This document shows, in pieces, positions 28,625 to 37,684 of a DNA stretch of 64,000 nt (its first letter is position 1; each line of letters begins with the position of its first letter). Position numbers and translations under genes: made by a program. This DNA is from Candidatus Giovannonibacteria bacterium RIFCSPLOWO2_02_FULL_45_28 (GTDB lineage Bacteria; Patescibacteriota; Minisyncoccia; UBA11713; 2-01-FULL-45-33): positions 19,642 through 83,641 of the forward strand of contig MFIM01000001.1 of NCBI GenBank assembly GCA_001780725.1, in the 5' to 3' direction. The notes beneath the pieces were generated by a model, which saw nothing but the letters and a program-made list of their open reading frames with translations, was not told the DNA's origin and did no database searches.

Positions 28625-29365
28625 TTACTTGTATACATGGGCGTTGATCCCTATTGCACGCAAAATCGGAGATCGTTCATTGAAAGGTATAGATTTTGTG
28701 ACTTGATCCAAAAAATGGAACACGCTTCCGGCACCGCCTTCTTTAACTAGAAATGCGATATCCTCGTCTGTATATACACCGGGGAAAATTTTGTTTAATT
28801 TCTTCCAAAATCCATCCACATTAATCTCACCCATCTTCACACCAGCCTGTTTCATGCCAACTTCGTGGCAAGCGGCCCTATCGCCATTGGAAAACCGCAT
28901 TGTGACTTTATCACCCAACCCCAAAACCTCCGAAATGTACGCCGAGCCGATCTCGTTGCCTTGCTCTACGGTCATTGTGCTTTTTTGTGAAAACCACAAG
29001 TCGGAAAGGCGCTTCGCGCGCTCGTTTCCATTAAACCACCCCTCACGATAAGGATTTTCTGCCACGTCTTGTGGGTCCAACGGAACATCGGCTGGAATGC
29101 CAGCTTTCTCCCATCTCTTTAATAATTTCTTCGCGATTTTTGCCCGCCGAATAATTTCGTTGCCGAATTGTACCGCCTCATCCAGCGACATGCATCTTGA
29201 TGTTTCAAAAAATCCATCGGGCTTATCCAATGAAATTTTAATGTGTTGGCTGGGCTCTCCGAAACTGCCGGCATAATGAGCTATACAAATGTCGCCGTCT
29301 GGATTTTTATAAACAGTCATGTGGTGGCATCTGTATTTTTTCTCAAGATACTTGTTCATTTTCAC
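28625..29365 (-). CDS. hypothetical protein
   Basis: 246-aa ORF, no recognised motifs. Confidence 0.3.
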   Translation of the reverse strand: MKMNKYLEKKYRCHHMTVYKNPDGDICIAHYAGSFGEPSQHIKISLDKPDGFFETSRCMSLDEAVQFGNEIIRRAKIAKKLLKRWEKAGIPADVPLDPQDVAENPYREGWFNGNERAKRLSDLWFSQKSTMTVEQGNEIGSAYISEVLGLGDKVTMRFSNGDRAACHEVGMKQAGVKMGEINVDGFWKKLNKIFPGVYTDEDIAFLVKEGGAGSVFHFLDQVTKSIPFNERSPILRAIGINAHVYK

Positions 29366-29475
29366 CCCCTAAATTTAAATACCTAGTGTAAGTTTAACAA
29401 AAACAACCTTGCGTGTCAAGAAAACAAAAACCCGCCTATCGGTAGGCGGGGCCATTTTTTAAAAACAGCTCTATT

Positions 29476-29961
29476 TCATTTCCATCTAAGAACAACTTGG
29501 GCGACAACCAAAAGTAAGAATGCGATCCAAGTGCGGCCATCCGGCAAATGATTATAATAAATCCAGTTCATTATTGTAAAAGAAATGGGCGCGGCGCCCC
29601 AAACCAAAAATTGCGGGAAAAACAGATCCTGTCCGTGCCTTAATCCTTCGCTTAAATAAGCCCAGTTGAAAAGCATTCCTCCCAACATAAAAACAAAGAG
29701 TGTTGCAAAAATTCCGAAGCCGACAACATAACCGCCAAGCGACTCAAACTTCCAAAACTGAATCCATTCAAGACGAGCCGGAGCAAGTTTTAAAACGGGA
29801 TAGAAAAGCGATTTTGTTGCGCTCCAATCCATTAATTTAAAAAGTCCGTAATACATCACAACATTACCGCAAACTAAAATGAAAAAATTCAAAGCAGTTT
29901 TCAGCACTTCATGTTCTTGCTTTCTGATTCTAAAACTACCATCCAAAAAACAAAAAAACAA
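29476..29961 (-). CDS. hypothetical multi-TM membrane protein
   Basis: 161 aa, 4 TM segments. Confidence 0.3.
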   Translation of the reverse strand: MFFCFLDGSFRIRKQEHEVLKTALNFFILVCGNVVMYYGLFKLMDWSATKSLFYPVLKLAPARLEWIQFWKFESLGGYVVGFGIFATLFVFMLGGMLFNWAYLSEGLRHGQDLFFPQFLVWGAAPISFTIMNWIYYNHLPDGRTWIAFLLLVVAQVVLRWK

Positions 29962-30216
29962 CCGATTACCGCTTTTTGAATTTCAATTTAAGCTGGCGCC
30001 GGCATTCTTTTCCGTGCTCGGCAATGCCTATAATATTTCTCTTGCAACTTTTGCATTTTATACAACAGGGCTTCGTTACGCACTTGACGCGCCTGCTTTT
30101 GTGGTGGGGGCATTTACATTCTTCCGGCTCATGAATTCTCCGCATTTTTAATTCCGCTCAATATCTACAAAAATTTTATCACATTCGCCACAATTCGCAA
30201 ACAAAAAAACAACCGC

Positions 30217-31899
30217 TCACATCTTCTCCGGAGCAGCAATGCCCATCAAGTTGAGCGTATGGCGTATAGCATAAAGCGTGTGGTGAATCAGAAAAAGACG
30301 GACCTCGGTAAGTTCCGGATTTTTTGAATCCACTACGCGGTGTTTTTCGTAAAAATCAGTGAAGGTTTTTGCAAGCTCATAAGCATAGCGCGGCAAGCGG
30401 TGGACTTGATAGTCGTTTGCGATGTCTTCAATGATGTCCGGCAGCTGCAGAATTTTTTTGATGAGAGAGAGTTCTTCGGGTTTGGAAAGTAACTGCAAAT
30501 TAACCTCACCCCCCTTCCACCTCTCCTTCGTAATGAGAGGGGGGGAATGGGAAAGAGCATCTTTTCCTTTTTCTGATTTCGGATTTCGGATTTCGGATTT
30601 CCGCAAGATGCTGTAGCATCTTGCGGCGGCGTACTGAACATAATAAACAGGATTCTTCTTGCTTCTTTCCTTCGCCAAATCCAAATCAAAATCCATATGC
30701 GTATCCGGCGAACGCTCCAAAAAAAACCACCGCGCGGCATCTAGCCCAACCTCTTTTAACAAATCGTCCAAAGTTACAAATTCCCCGGCGCGTTTGGACA
30801 TGCGCACCTCTTTGCCGCCGCTAGTAAGACGCACCAGCTGCATAATAATGATTTTTAGCCTATTCTGGTCTACACCAAAAAACCCAATCTTTTCTGCAAC
30901 TTGTTTGATTTCTGCGTGATGGTCCGCGCCAACAACAGTAACAGCGACATCGAATTTGCGTTTCAAAAGCTTGTTTAGATGATATGCCAAGTCCGACAAA
31001 AGATAAGTTGGTTCGCCGTTTGATTTGACAACCACGCGCTCATCCCACCACAATGCGCCCTCTTTCTCTTTCGCCGCGCCATTCTTGACTAAAAACTCCA
31101 AAACTTTTTTTAACTCGCCCCTTTTCCGCAAGTTATTTTCTTCCGAAAACCAAACATCAAATTTTATTCCCGCTTTCTTGAGAGATTTTTTAATTTCGCC
31201 GAGTAAAATCCCAACAGCCCGTTTTGCAGACTTGCCTTTTAGTTTCTTTATGTAATCGCCTTTGTAATATTCTTCTTTTGCCGAAATTTTACCCTCTGCC
31301 GCCAAAATAGATTCACCCAAAAGTTTTATTTGATTGCCAGCGTCATTGATATAGTATTCGCGAGTAACTTTGTGTCCAGCCGCTTTTAAAATATTCGCCA
31401 GCGCATCGCCGTAAAACCCGCCGCGTCCGTTGGCCATTGTCAGAGGGCCGGTCGGGTTTGCAGAAACAAATTCTAGGTTGACCCGCCGCGCTGCTTGGGA
31501 AAACTTTGCCCTCCTCAACATCAGATGTTGAAAGCCACAAACATCGGATGTTTTCCCGGGCAATGTTGAGGAGAGCAACGCGGCAAAAAGCGCCTCTTTT
31601 TTTATACAAAAATTTAAAAATCCGGGACCGGCGATTTCAATTTGCTCGACAAATTTCAAGACATCCGACGTCTTCTCGGACTTAGACGTCGGACGTCTAA
31701 GTAGCATTTGTTTAAAGTCTTCCGCGACCTCGCGCGAATTTTTCTTTTCGCTCTTCGCCACCACCAAAGCAACGTTGGACGAATAGTCCCCGTGTTCCGG
31801 GTTCTCCGGCCGCTCAACAGAAAAAACCGCGCCGACGGCTTGTCCGCCTCGGGAGGACACAACTTTTTCAATTTCTTTCCGTATTAAACTACGAAACAT
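30217..31899 (-). CDS. argS: arginyl-tRNA synthetase with degenerate HIGH motif and in-frame repeat insertions
   Basis: N-terminal PENPEHGDYSSNVAL; FVSANPTGPLTMANGRGG where canonical ArgRS has PTGPLHVGH; MSKR in the KMSKS position; DALR-type C-terminus. Confidence 0.8.
   Translation of the reverse strand: MFRSLIRKEIEKVVSSRGGQAVGAVFSVERPENPEHGDYSSNVALVVAKSEKKNSREVAEDFKQMLLRRPTSKSEKTSDVLKFVEQIEIAGPGFLNFCIKKEALFAALLSSTLPGKTSDVCGFQHLMLRRAKFSQAARRVNLEFVSANPTGPLTMANGRGGFYGDALANILKAAGHKVTREYYINDAGNQIKLLGESILAAEGKISAKEEYYKGDYIKKLKGKSAKRAVGILLGEIKKSLKKAGIKFDVWFSEENNLRKRGELKKVLEFLVKNGAAKEKEGALWWDERVVVKSNGEPTYLLSDLAYHLNKLLKRKFDVAVTVVGADHHAEIKQVAEKIGFFGVDQNRLKIIIMQLVRLTSGGKEVRMSKRAGEFVTLDDLLKEVGLDAARWFFLERSPDTHMDFDLDLAKERSKKNPVYYVQYAAARCYSILRKSEIRNPKSEKGKDALSHSPPLITKERWKGGEVNLQLLSKPEELSLIKKILQLPDIIEDIANDYQVHRLPRYAYELAKTFTDFYEKHRVVDSKNPELTEVRLFLIHHTLYAIRHTLNLMGIAAPEKM
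30575..30624. repeat. (GATTTCG)x4 tandem repeat plus 10-bp-arm palindrome inside argS coding sequence
   Basis: gatttcggatttcggatttcggatttcc followed by gcaagatgctgtagcatcttgc; encodes RKSEIRNPKSEKGKDALSH in frame. Confidence 0.75.
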
Positions 31900-31966
31900 A
31901 CTCTCACTTTATCCCAAAAACCGCACAAAAAAAAGGCCTTTGCTGGTTGGCAAATTGGCCTCTATA

Positions 31967-32224
31967 TTACTGATTTAAACGGGTTATGCTTTTGATGTCC
32001 TCCCACATGATTCGTACGGTCTTTTCGTCTTGTCTGCAATATACGCGCTGCACATCCAAGTCTGTTTGAGTTACCGTTCCTTTTGGGCACTCCAAAACCT
32101 GACCGGTTTTTAAAGTTATAGTTGTCGGCGTCCGATCGTGTGTTTCGCCGCATCCCAGTAAAATAAACAGCGCCGAAACTATAAAAAACGGTGAGAGTAA
32201 TTTTGCGCCTGCTAGTTTATTCAT
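31967..32224 (-). CDS. small putative lipoprotein
   Basis: Signal peptide with lipobox LLGC (MNKLAGAKLLSPFFIVSALFILLGCGE). Confidence 0.35.
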   Translation of the reverse strand: MNKLAGAKLLSPFFIVSALFILLGCGETHDRTPTTITLKTGQVLECPKGTVTQTDLDVQRVYCRQDEKTVRIMWEDIKSITRLNQ

Positions 32225-32273
32225 ATGCCATGTCCTCCGTCTGCTAAAAACCTAGCAAGTCTTGCGCCGCTCG

Positions 32274-33437
32274 TCAATTGCTCCTTATCACATCCATCAC
32301 GGCGTCGTAAGATGCATCAATTACTATCGGGTCTTTCACAAAAACTTTTTTGGCGGCATCAGGATCTTTCCATGCCGCGCCCGTTAGAGTGCAGACAATT
32401 TTGCAGCCGTCCCAAATATAAATGTCGCGCGGGATTCTCTTGATTTCTTTTATTACTCCGGCAACCGAAATTGCCGAAGACGGCTCGCAGGAAACCGGCT
32501 CCAATTCGGAAATTAACGCGTAAGCCGCCATTATTTCCTCGTCATCAGCCATATCAATTTTACCGCTTGATTCATCCCTCGCGGCTTTTGCCTCTTCCCA
32601 TTTTGCCGGATTTCCTATGCAAATTGCGCTGGCGATAGTTTTAGGATTTTCCACCGCTCTTCCTAAAACAATCGGGGCCGCGCCGACGGCCTGGTAGCCA
32701 ATCATGTGCGGGCATCTTTTGGAGCGGCCTTTTATGTAATACTCTTTATAGCCACGCCAATAAGCCGTGATGTTCCCTCCGTTCCCAACAGGAATGAAGT
32801 GATATCTTGGCGCCTCGCCCAGTTCATCCACTATTTCAAAAGCGGCGGTTTTCTGGCCTTCCGTCCTGTGTGGATTAATGGAATTGACCAGTTCTTTGTC
32901 TTTCTCTCTCAATACAACCTCTCTTACAATTTCAAGCGCCTTATCAAAATTACCTTTAATTTGTATAACTTTTGCTCCGTGACGATATGATTGGGTTAAT
33001 TTTCCCGGCGCAACATTGCCTTCCGGCAAAACAACTAAACACCTCATCCCGGCCGCTTGCGCGTACACGGCAGCAGATGCGGCCGTATTTCCGGTTGATG
33101 CGCAAATAACAACCTTTTTGCCTCTGGCGGCAGCCATGGTGATTGCGGCAGTCATACCGCGATCTTTAAAAGATCCGCTCCCGCGATTTTCTCCCTCCAG
33201 CTTCCAATAAACTTCGGAGTGAAAGTAGGGAAAAAGATCGCGAAGATAATTTTCAAAATTTTTCGCGCGCCAAAGACAGGTATTGCCCTCAAACAAAGTG
33301 ATAATTTTCTCTTTGCCCATCCACTGAATTGCAGGCGGCATCCATTCCCAATATTTATGCAGGATGCCTTTATATGGTTGCGGCAGAAATTTGTGTTTTA
33401 TCATTTCAAACTCCTCAATCCCGCCAATAGCGGACAA
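32274..33437 (-). CDS. thrC: threonine synthase (PLP-dependent, fold type II)
   Basis: GSFKDRGMTAAI (Lys-PLP motif), ...ASTGNTAASAA. Confidence 0.7.
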   Translation of the reverse strand: MSAIGGIEEFEMIKHKFLPQPYKGILHKYWEWMPPAIQWMGKEKIITLFEGNTCLWRAKNFENYLRDLFPYFHSEVYWKLEGENRGSGSFKDRGMTAAITMAAARGKKVVICASTGNTAASAAVYAQAAGMRCLVVLPEGNVAPGKLTQSYRHGAKVIQIKGNFDKALEIVREVVLREKDKELVNSINPHRTEGQKTAAFEIVDELGEAPRYHFIPVGNGGNITAYWRGYKEYYIKGRSKRCPHMIGYQAVGAAPIVLGRAVENPKTIASAICIGNPAKWEEAKAARDESSGKIDMADDEEIMAAYALISELEPVSCEPSSAISVAGVIKEIKRIPRDIYIWDGCKIVCTLTGAAWKDPDAAKKVFVKDPIVIDASYDAVMDVIRSN

Positions 33438-33471
33438 GTCTGCCCAAACTCTAGCACCGAAGAAAATAATT

Positions 33472-33807
33472 TGGAAGTGGTGGGAGTTGAACCCACGTCA
33501 GAAGAACTCGTAATCTGCGTTTGACAAGCTTAGATTTTGCCCCTGTTTACTTGCGTTGATGCAGAGCTTTTATCAACACCGCCCCGCTTATAACACCCGC
33601 GATCTCTTAGCGAGAATCAGAGACGGATGGCTTACGCTAATGCGAAAGCAAGTCCAGTGCCGCCACCAGGTTCTAGACCAAGCGCGACACGAACTTTAGA
33701 AAATAAGTTTGCACTTATTGGTTGTGCGGATGATTAAAGAGGTTAACCGTACATCCTCTGCCTGAGCGCATGATTATTTGTTCTTCCTCGAATCCAATTT
33801 CACCCCC
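33472..33807 (-). ncRNA. ssrA: tmRNA (SsrA)
   Basis: 5' GGGGGTGAAATTGGATTCGAGG...; 3' ...GACGTGGGTTCAACTCCCACCACTTCCA; acceptor GGGGGUG/CACUUCC with G3-U70; internal ORF ending ...GCTTTCGCATTAGCGTAA (AFALA-stop); adjacent to smpB. Confidence 0.85.
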
Positions 33808-34117
33808 ACACTAACTTATTTCATGAAGCCAGAGATTTCGCAATCCTCATTTTTAATTGCCTTAGTGCGGTTGCTCGCAGTTTAAGGTTGTGTTCTCTGT
33901 GTCTGGCTTCTCGGTCATTGTTATATGCTTCATATTATACCAATTTAAGTGGCCTTTTATATTTTGTTGATGTAACTTTTCCAGCATTATGTTCTGAAAA
34001 ACGCTTTTTAAGATCGTTGGTTGACCCTATATATAACTCTCCATTTTTGTCTTTGAGTATATACATGTAGAACATAATGTGTGAAATAAGTTAGTGTGGG
34101 GGTAAACCCCCTACATT

Positions 34118-34582
34118 TCAAAGTTCTTTTAATGTTCGCTCTATTTTTCTCTTGTCTTCACGCTCTTTAATTCTTTCACGCCTATCGTGTTTTTTGAGTC
34201 TCCGCGCGACAGCAATTTCAAGTTTTATTCTCGCGCCTTTAGTATACACCCGAAGAGGAAGGATTGTCAAGCCTTTGGTTGTGGCCTTGCCGATCAAATA
34301 ATTGATCTCTTTTTTGTGGAGCAAAAGCCTCCGCTCACGCGCCTGCTCATAATCTTTCGGGGTGTTTTTCGGTTGGTATGGCGCGATAGTCGCGCCAACC
34401 AAATAAAAATCTCCGCGCTTGGGAAAAACATAGGAGCCCTCAAGGCTCATTTTATGGTTTCTTACGGCTTTTACCTCAAACCCAAAAAGCTCAAGCCCCG
34501 CTTCAAGGGTTTCAAGTATTTCAAACTCAAATCTCGCTTTTCTGTTTTCCGCGAACAATGCCATATATTTTAAGTATTGCAT
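34118..34582 (-). CDS. smpB: SsrA-binding protein SmpB
   Basis: RFEFEILETLEAGLELFGFEVKAVRN...LLLHKKEINYL. Confidence 0.9.
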   Translation of the reverse strand: MQYLKYMALFAENRKARFEFEILETLEAGLELFGFEVKAVRNHKMSLEGSYVFPKRGDFYLVGATIAPYQPKNTPKDYEQARERRLLLHKKEINYLIGKATTKGLTILPLRVYTKGARIKLEIAVARRLKKHDRRERIKEREDKRKIERTLKEL

Positions 34583-34611
34583 AAAAGCATTTTCCTTAGT
34601 ACCATAAACTT

Positions 34612-35118
34612 ATCCAAAGACTAAGACTAAACAATCAAATAACGGCGCGGGAAGTAAGGGTTATAGACCAAAACGGCCAGAATCTGGGCGTTTTGTCTGT
34701 TGAGGAGGCATTGCGACGCGCGCGCGAGGCGGGGATGGACCTTATTGAAATCTCGCCCACCGCAAATCCGCCGGTTGCCAAAATAATGGAGCGGGGGAAA
34801 TATTTTTACGAGCAGGAAAAAAAGAGAAGACAAGCGGCCAAGAAACAAAAGGATGTTGAGATAAAAAGCGTGAGAATCGGCATCGGCACCTCCGTTCACG
34901 ATCTTGAAATCCGCGCAAAACAAGCCGATGAATTCTTAAAAGAGGGCAACAAAATCAAAGTAGATTTGTTTTTGAGGGGACGAGAAAAATATCTGGACAA
35001 AAAATTTCTGCAGGACAGAATTGAGCGCTTTCTTGCGATTGTCTCGCAGGGCTTTGAGAAAGAAGATATTAAAAAGGGACCGAGAGGATTGAGCTTGACT
35101 ATAACACCGAAAAAATAG
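34612..35118 (+). CDS. infC: translation initiation factor IF-3 with probable non-AUG (AUC/AUA/AUU-type) start
   Basis: Frame is open from 34600 and encodes ...NNQITAREVRVIDQNGQNLGVLSVEEAL, the conserved IF3 N-domain, upstream of the TTG at 34693 reported by the ORF track; no in-frame ATG upstream; exact start uncertain. Confidence 0.75.
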   Translation: MQRLRLNNQITAREVRVIDQNGQNLGVLSVEEALRRAREAGMDLIEISPTANPPVAKIMERGKYFYEQEKKRRQAAKKQKDVEIKSVRIGIGTSVHDLEIRAKQADEFLKEGNKIKVDLFLRGREKYLDKKFLQDRIERFLAIVSQGFEKEDIKKGPRGLSLTITPKK

Positions 35119-35138
35119 TAATATAATACAAATAAGAT

Positions 35139-35342
35139 TTGCAGATTAGTATTATGCCCAAGACAAATAAATCAATTCTAAAAAGGTTTAAGCTCACAAA
35201 AACCGGAAAAATTCTTCGCGGCGGCTCCGGCATCAACCACTTTCAAGCCAAAAAGAGCCGCGGGGAACAGTTGGCCAAAAAACGCCTCTCAAACATGGAC
35301 AAAATACGAAAACGCATGATTATTTCTTATTTAAAACACTAA
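35139..35342 (+). CDS. rpmI: 50S ribosomal protein L35
   Basis: MPKTNKSILKRFKLTKTGKILRG. Confidence 0.85.
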   Translation: MQISIMPKTNKSILKRFKLTKTGKILRGGSGINHFQAKKSRGEQLAKKRLSNMDKIRKRMIISYLKH

Positions 35343-35343
35343 T

Positions 35344-35691
35344 ATGCCAAGAGTAAAAAGAGGAAAAATCGCATTAAAAAGGCGCCATAAAGTGCTTGGG
35401 CAAACCAAAGGCTTCAGATGGCAAAGAAAATCAAAGGAGCGTGCGGCAAAGGAGGCGCTTCTGCACGCCGGCCGCCACGCATTCGGCGACCGCAGAAAAA
35501 AGAAAAGGAACTTCCGCGCGCTTTGGAACATCAAAATCAACGCCGCCGCGCGAGAAAATGGCATGTCTTACAGCAAACTGATTTACCAGCTCAAAAAATC
35601 CGACATCTTGCTCAACCGCAAAATGCTCGCCGAACTGGCCGAAAAACATCCGGAGGTTTTTAAGGCTATCATTAAAGAAGCTAGCGCCTGA
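35344..35691 (+). CDS. rplT: 50S ribosomal protein L20
   Basis: MPRVKRGKIALKRRHKVLGQTKGF... Confidence 0.9.
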   Translation: MPRVKRGKIALKRRHKVLGQTKGFRWQRKSKERAAKEALLHAGRHAFGDRRKKKRNFRALWNIKINAAARENGMSYSKLIYQLKKSDILLNRKMLAELAEKHPEVFKAIIKEASA

Positions 35692-36445
35692 AAAAGATTG
35701 AGATGAAAAAGAGGGCGCCGGCGAAGAGGACGAATGCCGGGCCGGGAGGAAACCCGTAAAATCGTGAAATTAAAATTCCCAAAATAGCGCCCAAAACTCC
35801 CAATACGGCGGAGAGCGTGATGTATTGATTCATACTGCGCGCAATATTTCTGGAAGTTGCGGCCGGAATAATAATAAGCGAACCCATGAGAAGAGCGCCG
35901 ACGAATTTAATTCCCACCGCAACTGTTAGGGCAAAAATTAAAAGAAACGCAAGCTCAAGAAGGTGCGGCCGAAATCCGGCCGAAGATGCCAAATCCGGAG
36001 AAATCAAAGAAAGCGTGAATCGCTTGGAAAACATTAAAAGCAGCGCCACGATAATTAAGGATCCCATAACAGCCAGCCAAAAATCCAACTGGCTTATTTT
36101 AGTAATATCTCCGAATAAAGCATCCAAAATTTCCTCCTCCGGAGTAATTAAGGCTCCCACAGCCAACGCCAGAGTGAAAAATACGCCCACCAAAGTATCC
36201 ACCGGCAATTTTGTTTTGTGTTCAACAGCCCAAATACCCAAAGTTCCCAAAATCAAAAATATCCCAGCGCCCAAAAACAAATTGAAATTCAATAAAATCC
36301 CCAACGCTATTCCCGGGAGCGCGACATGCGAAAGCGCGTCCCCAACCAAAGCCATTCTGCGCAGTAGCGCAAAAGACCCCAACATTCCTCCGGCCGCGGC
36401 GATCAAAGAACCGGCTATAAAAATTTGTAATTCAGGCGTGAACAT
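35681..36445 (-). CDS. ABC-3 family metal (Zn/Mn-type) ABC transporter permease
   Basis: GMLGSFALLRRMALVGDALSHVALPGIALG. Confidence 0.75.
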   Translation of the reverse strand: MFTPELQIFIAGSLIAAAGGMLGSFALLRRMALVGDALSHVALPGIALGILLNFNLFLGAGIFLILGTLGIWAVEHKTKLPVDTLVGVFFTLALAVGALITPEEEILDALFGDITKISQLDFWLAVMGSLIIVALLLMFSKRFTLSLISPDLASSAGFRPHLLELAFLLIFALTVAVGIKFVGALLMGSLIIIPAATSRNIARSMNQYITLSAVLGVLGAILGILISRFYGFPPGPAFVLFAGALFFISIFFRR

Positions 36446-37139
36446 GATGATAAAATTTCCTGTCTCCGCCGTATAATTTGGCGAGCTCCGCGGGCGTCAA
36501 AACTTCGTTTGGTATGCCGAAGCAAATCTGCTCGCGATTTAAACAAAGCACTTTGTTGGCATAGCGGTAAACGACGGTAAGATCGTGCGAAATAAGAATC
36601 AAAGCAAGATTATGTTCGTCTTGAAGTTTATGCAGAAGCTCGTACACCGTCCTTTGCCCGGCAACGTCAACGCTCGCCGTTGGCTCGTCAAACAAAAGCA
36701 AATCCGGATGCCCGCTGACAGCCCAAGCAATAAGAACTCTTTGAAGCTCGCCCGCAGAAAGCTCTCCAATCCTTTTGTTTAAAAAGATCGGCGTCAAATC
36801 AACCGCCTTAAGCGCCTCTTCCGGCGAATGCCCAGCCTGCCAGCGCCCGGAAGGCGCGGCGCTGCTTCTTAAAACTAAGAATTCTTTGACAGTAATCGGC
36901 AAATCCCTTTCCAAATCAATTTTTTGCGGAACATACCCAATCCTTGTGCCATCAGATATTTTAATGTCGCCCTCGTAACCAACCGCTCCCAAAATCGCCC
37001 GAAATAATGTTGTTTTACCCGAACCGTTCGGGCCGATCACAGCAAGCGTCTCGCCCCGTTCCAAAGAAAAAGAAATGTTGTCCAAAACAACCTGTTTTTC
37101 ATACGCCGCCTTCAAATTTTTTACTTCCAAAATTGGCAT
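36432..37139 (-). CDS. metal ABC transporter ATP-binding protein
   Basis: GPNGSGKTTLF (Walker A), LSAGELQRV (signature), LLLFDEPTASVD (Walker B). Confidence 0.85.
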   Translation of the reverse strand: MPILEVKNLKAAYEKQVVLDNISFSLERGETLAVIGPNGSGKTTLFRAILGAVGYEGDIKISDGTRIGYVPQKIDLERDLPITVKEFLVLRSSAAPSGRWQAGHSPEEALKAVDLTPIFLNKRIGELSAGELQRVLIAWAVSGHPDLLLFDEPTASVDVAGQRTVYELLHKLQDEHNLALILISHDLTVVYRYANKVLCLNREQICFGIPNEVLTPAELAKLYGGDRKFYHHVHA

Positions 37140-37192
37140 TGATTATAAGTTGTATTATATGTTAAATTGAGCAAAGAGAAAAGGCACGAAAA

Positions 37193-37648
37193 GTGAAAAA
37201 GGCTTCTTGGGTTGGGATTTTGAGCATCACCACGGTGTCTTTACTTGCCGGAGCAATGGTGTTTTTTTCCATATTAAAAACCGACGAAGAAAACCGCGAA
37301 TACGTTTTTTGGGCGGATTTTAAAGATATAAGCCGCGCTTCTTCATATATAATCTGCGGCCGTGAAGAACCAACGCCGCTCACAACTAAAGTCTACACAA
37401 ATCTCAAAGAATTGTGGAGAATAACCATTATTAATCGCAATCACAAAGACACAGCAAGATCCGTCGTTCAATTCGTTGACTTAGAAAAAGGCGTTTTAGT
37501 AAATTCATTTGTCCGATTGGGCAACGAATGGAAACGGTCTCGCGATATAACCGTTGAAGAGTGGAAAAATTTTACAAACACACATCCGATTTCGCCGGAA
37601 GAAGAAACTTTTATAAACATGTGCCTCGCGTCAAAACAGTTCATTTGA
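37193..37648 (+). CDS. hypothetical secreted/membrane-anchored protein
   Basis: 151 aa, N-terminal hydrophobic segment. Confidence 0.3.
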   Translation: MKKASWVGILSITTVSLLAGAMVFFSILKTDEENREYVFWADFKDISRASSYIICGREEPTPLTTKVYTNLKELWRITIINRNHKDTARSVVQFVDLEKGVLVNSFVRLGNEWKRSRDITVEEWKNFTNTHPISPEEETFINMCLASKQFI

Positions 37649-37684
37649 AATCGGCGCCGTCCAAAAAAACGCTCAACGCGTTTT

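Noticed and set aside
30575-30602. Tandem (GATTTCG)x4 considered as a mini CRISPR or satellite array
   Set aside because: Only 7-nt units, no spacers, and it lies in frame inside argS coding sequence; treated as a simple-sequence insertion. No CRISPR array was seen anywhere in the window.
35886-36476. Long antisense ORFs inside conserved genes (e.g. 35886-36476 within the ABC permease; 45785-46312 and 46791-47353 within the P-type ATPase; 23809-24393; 26162-26524)
   Set aside because: They lie opposite strongly supported genes, with low-complexity or Arg-rich translations typical of antisense frames in GC-richer stretches; considered spurious.
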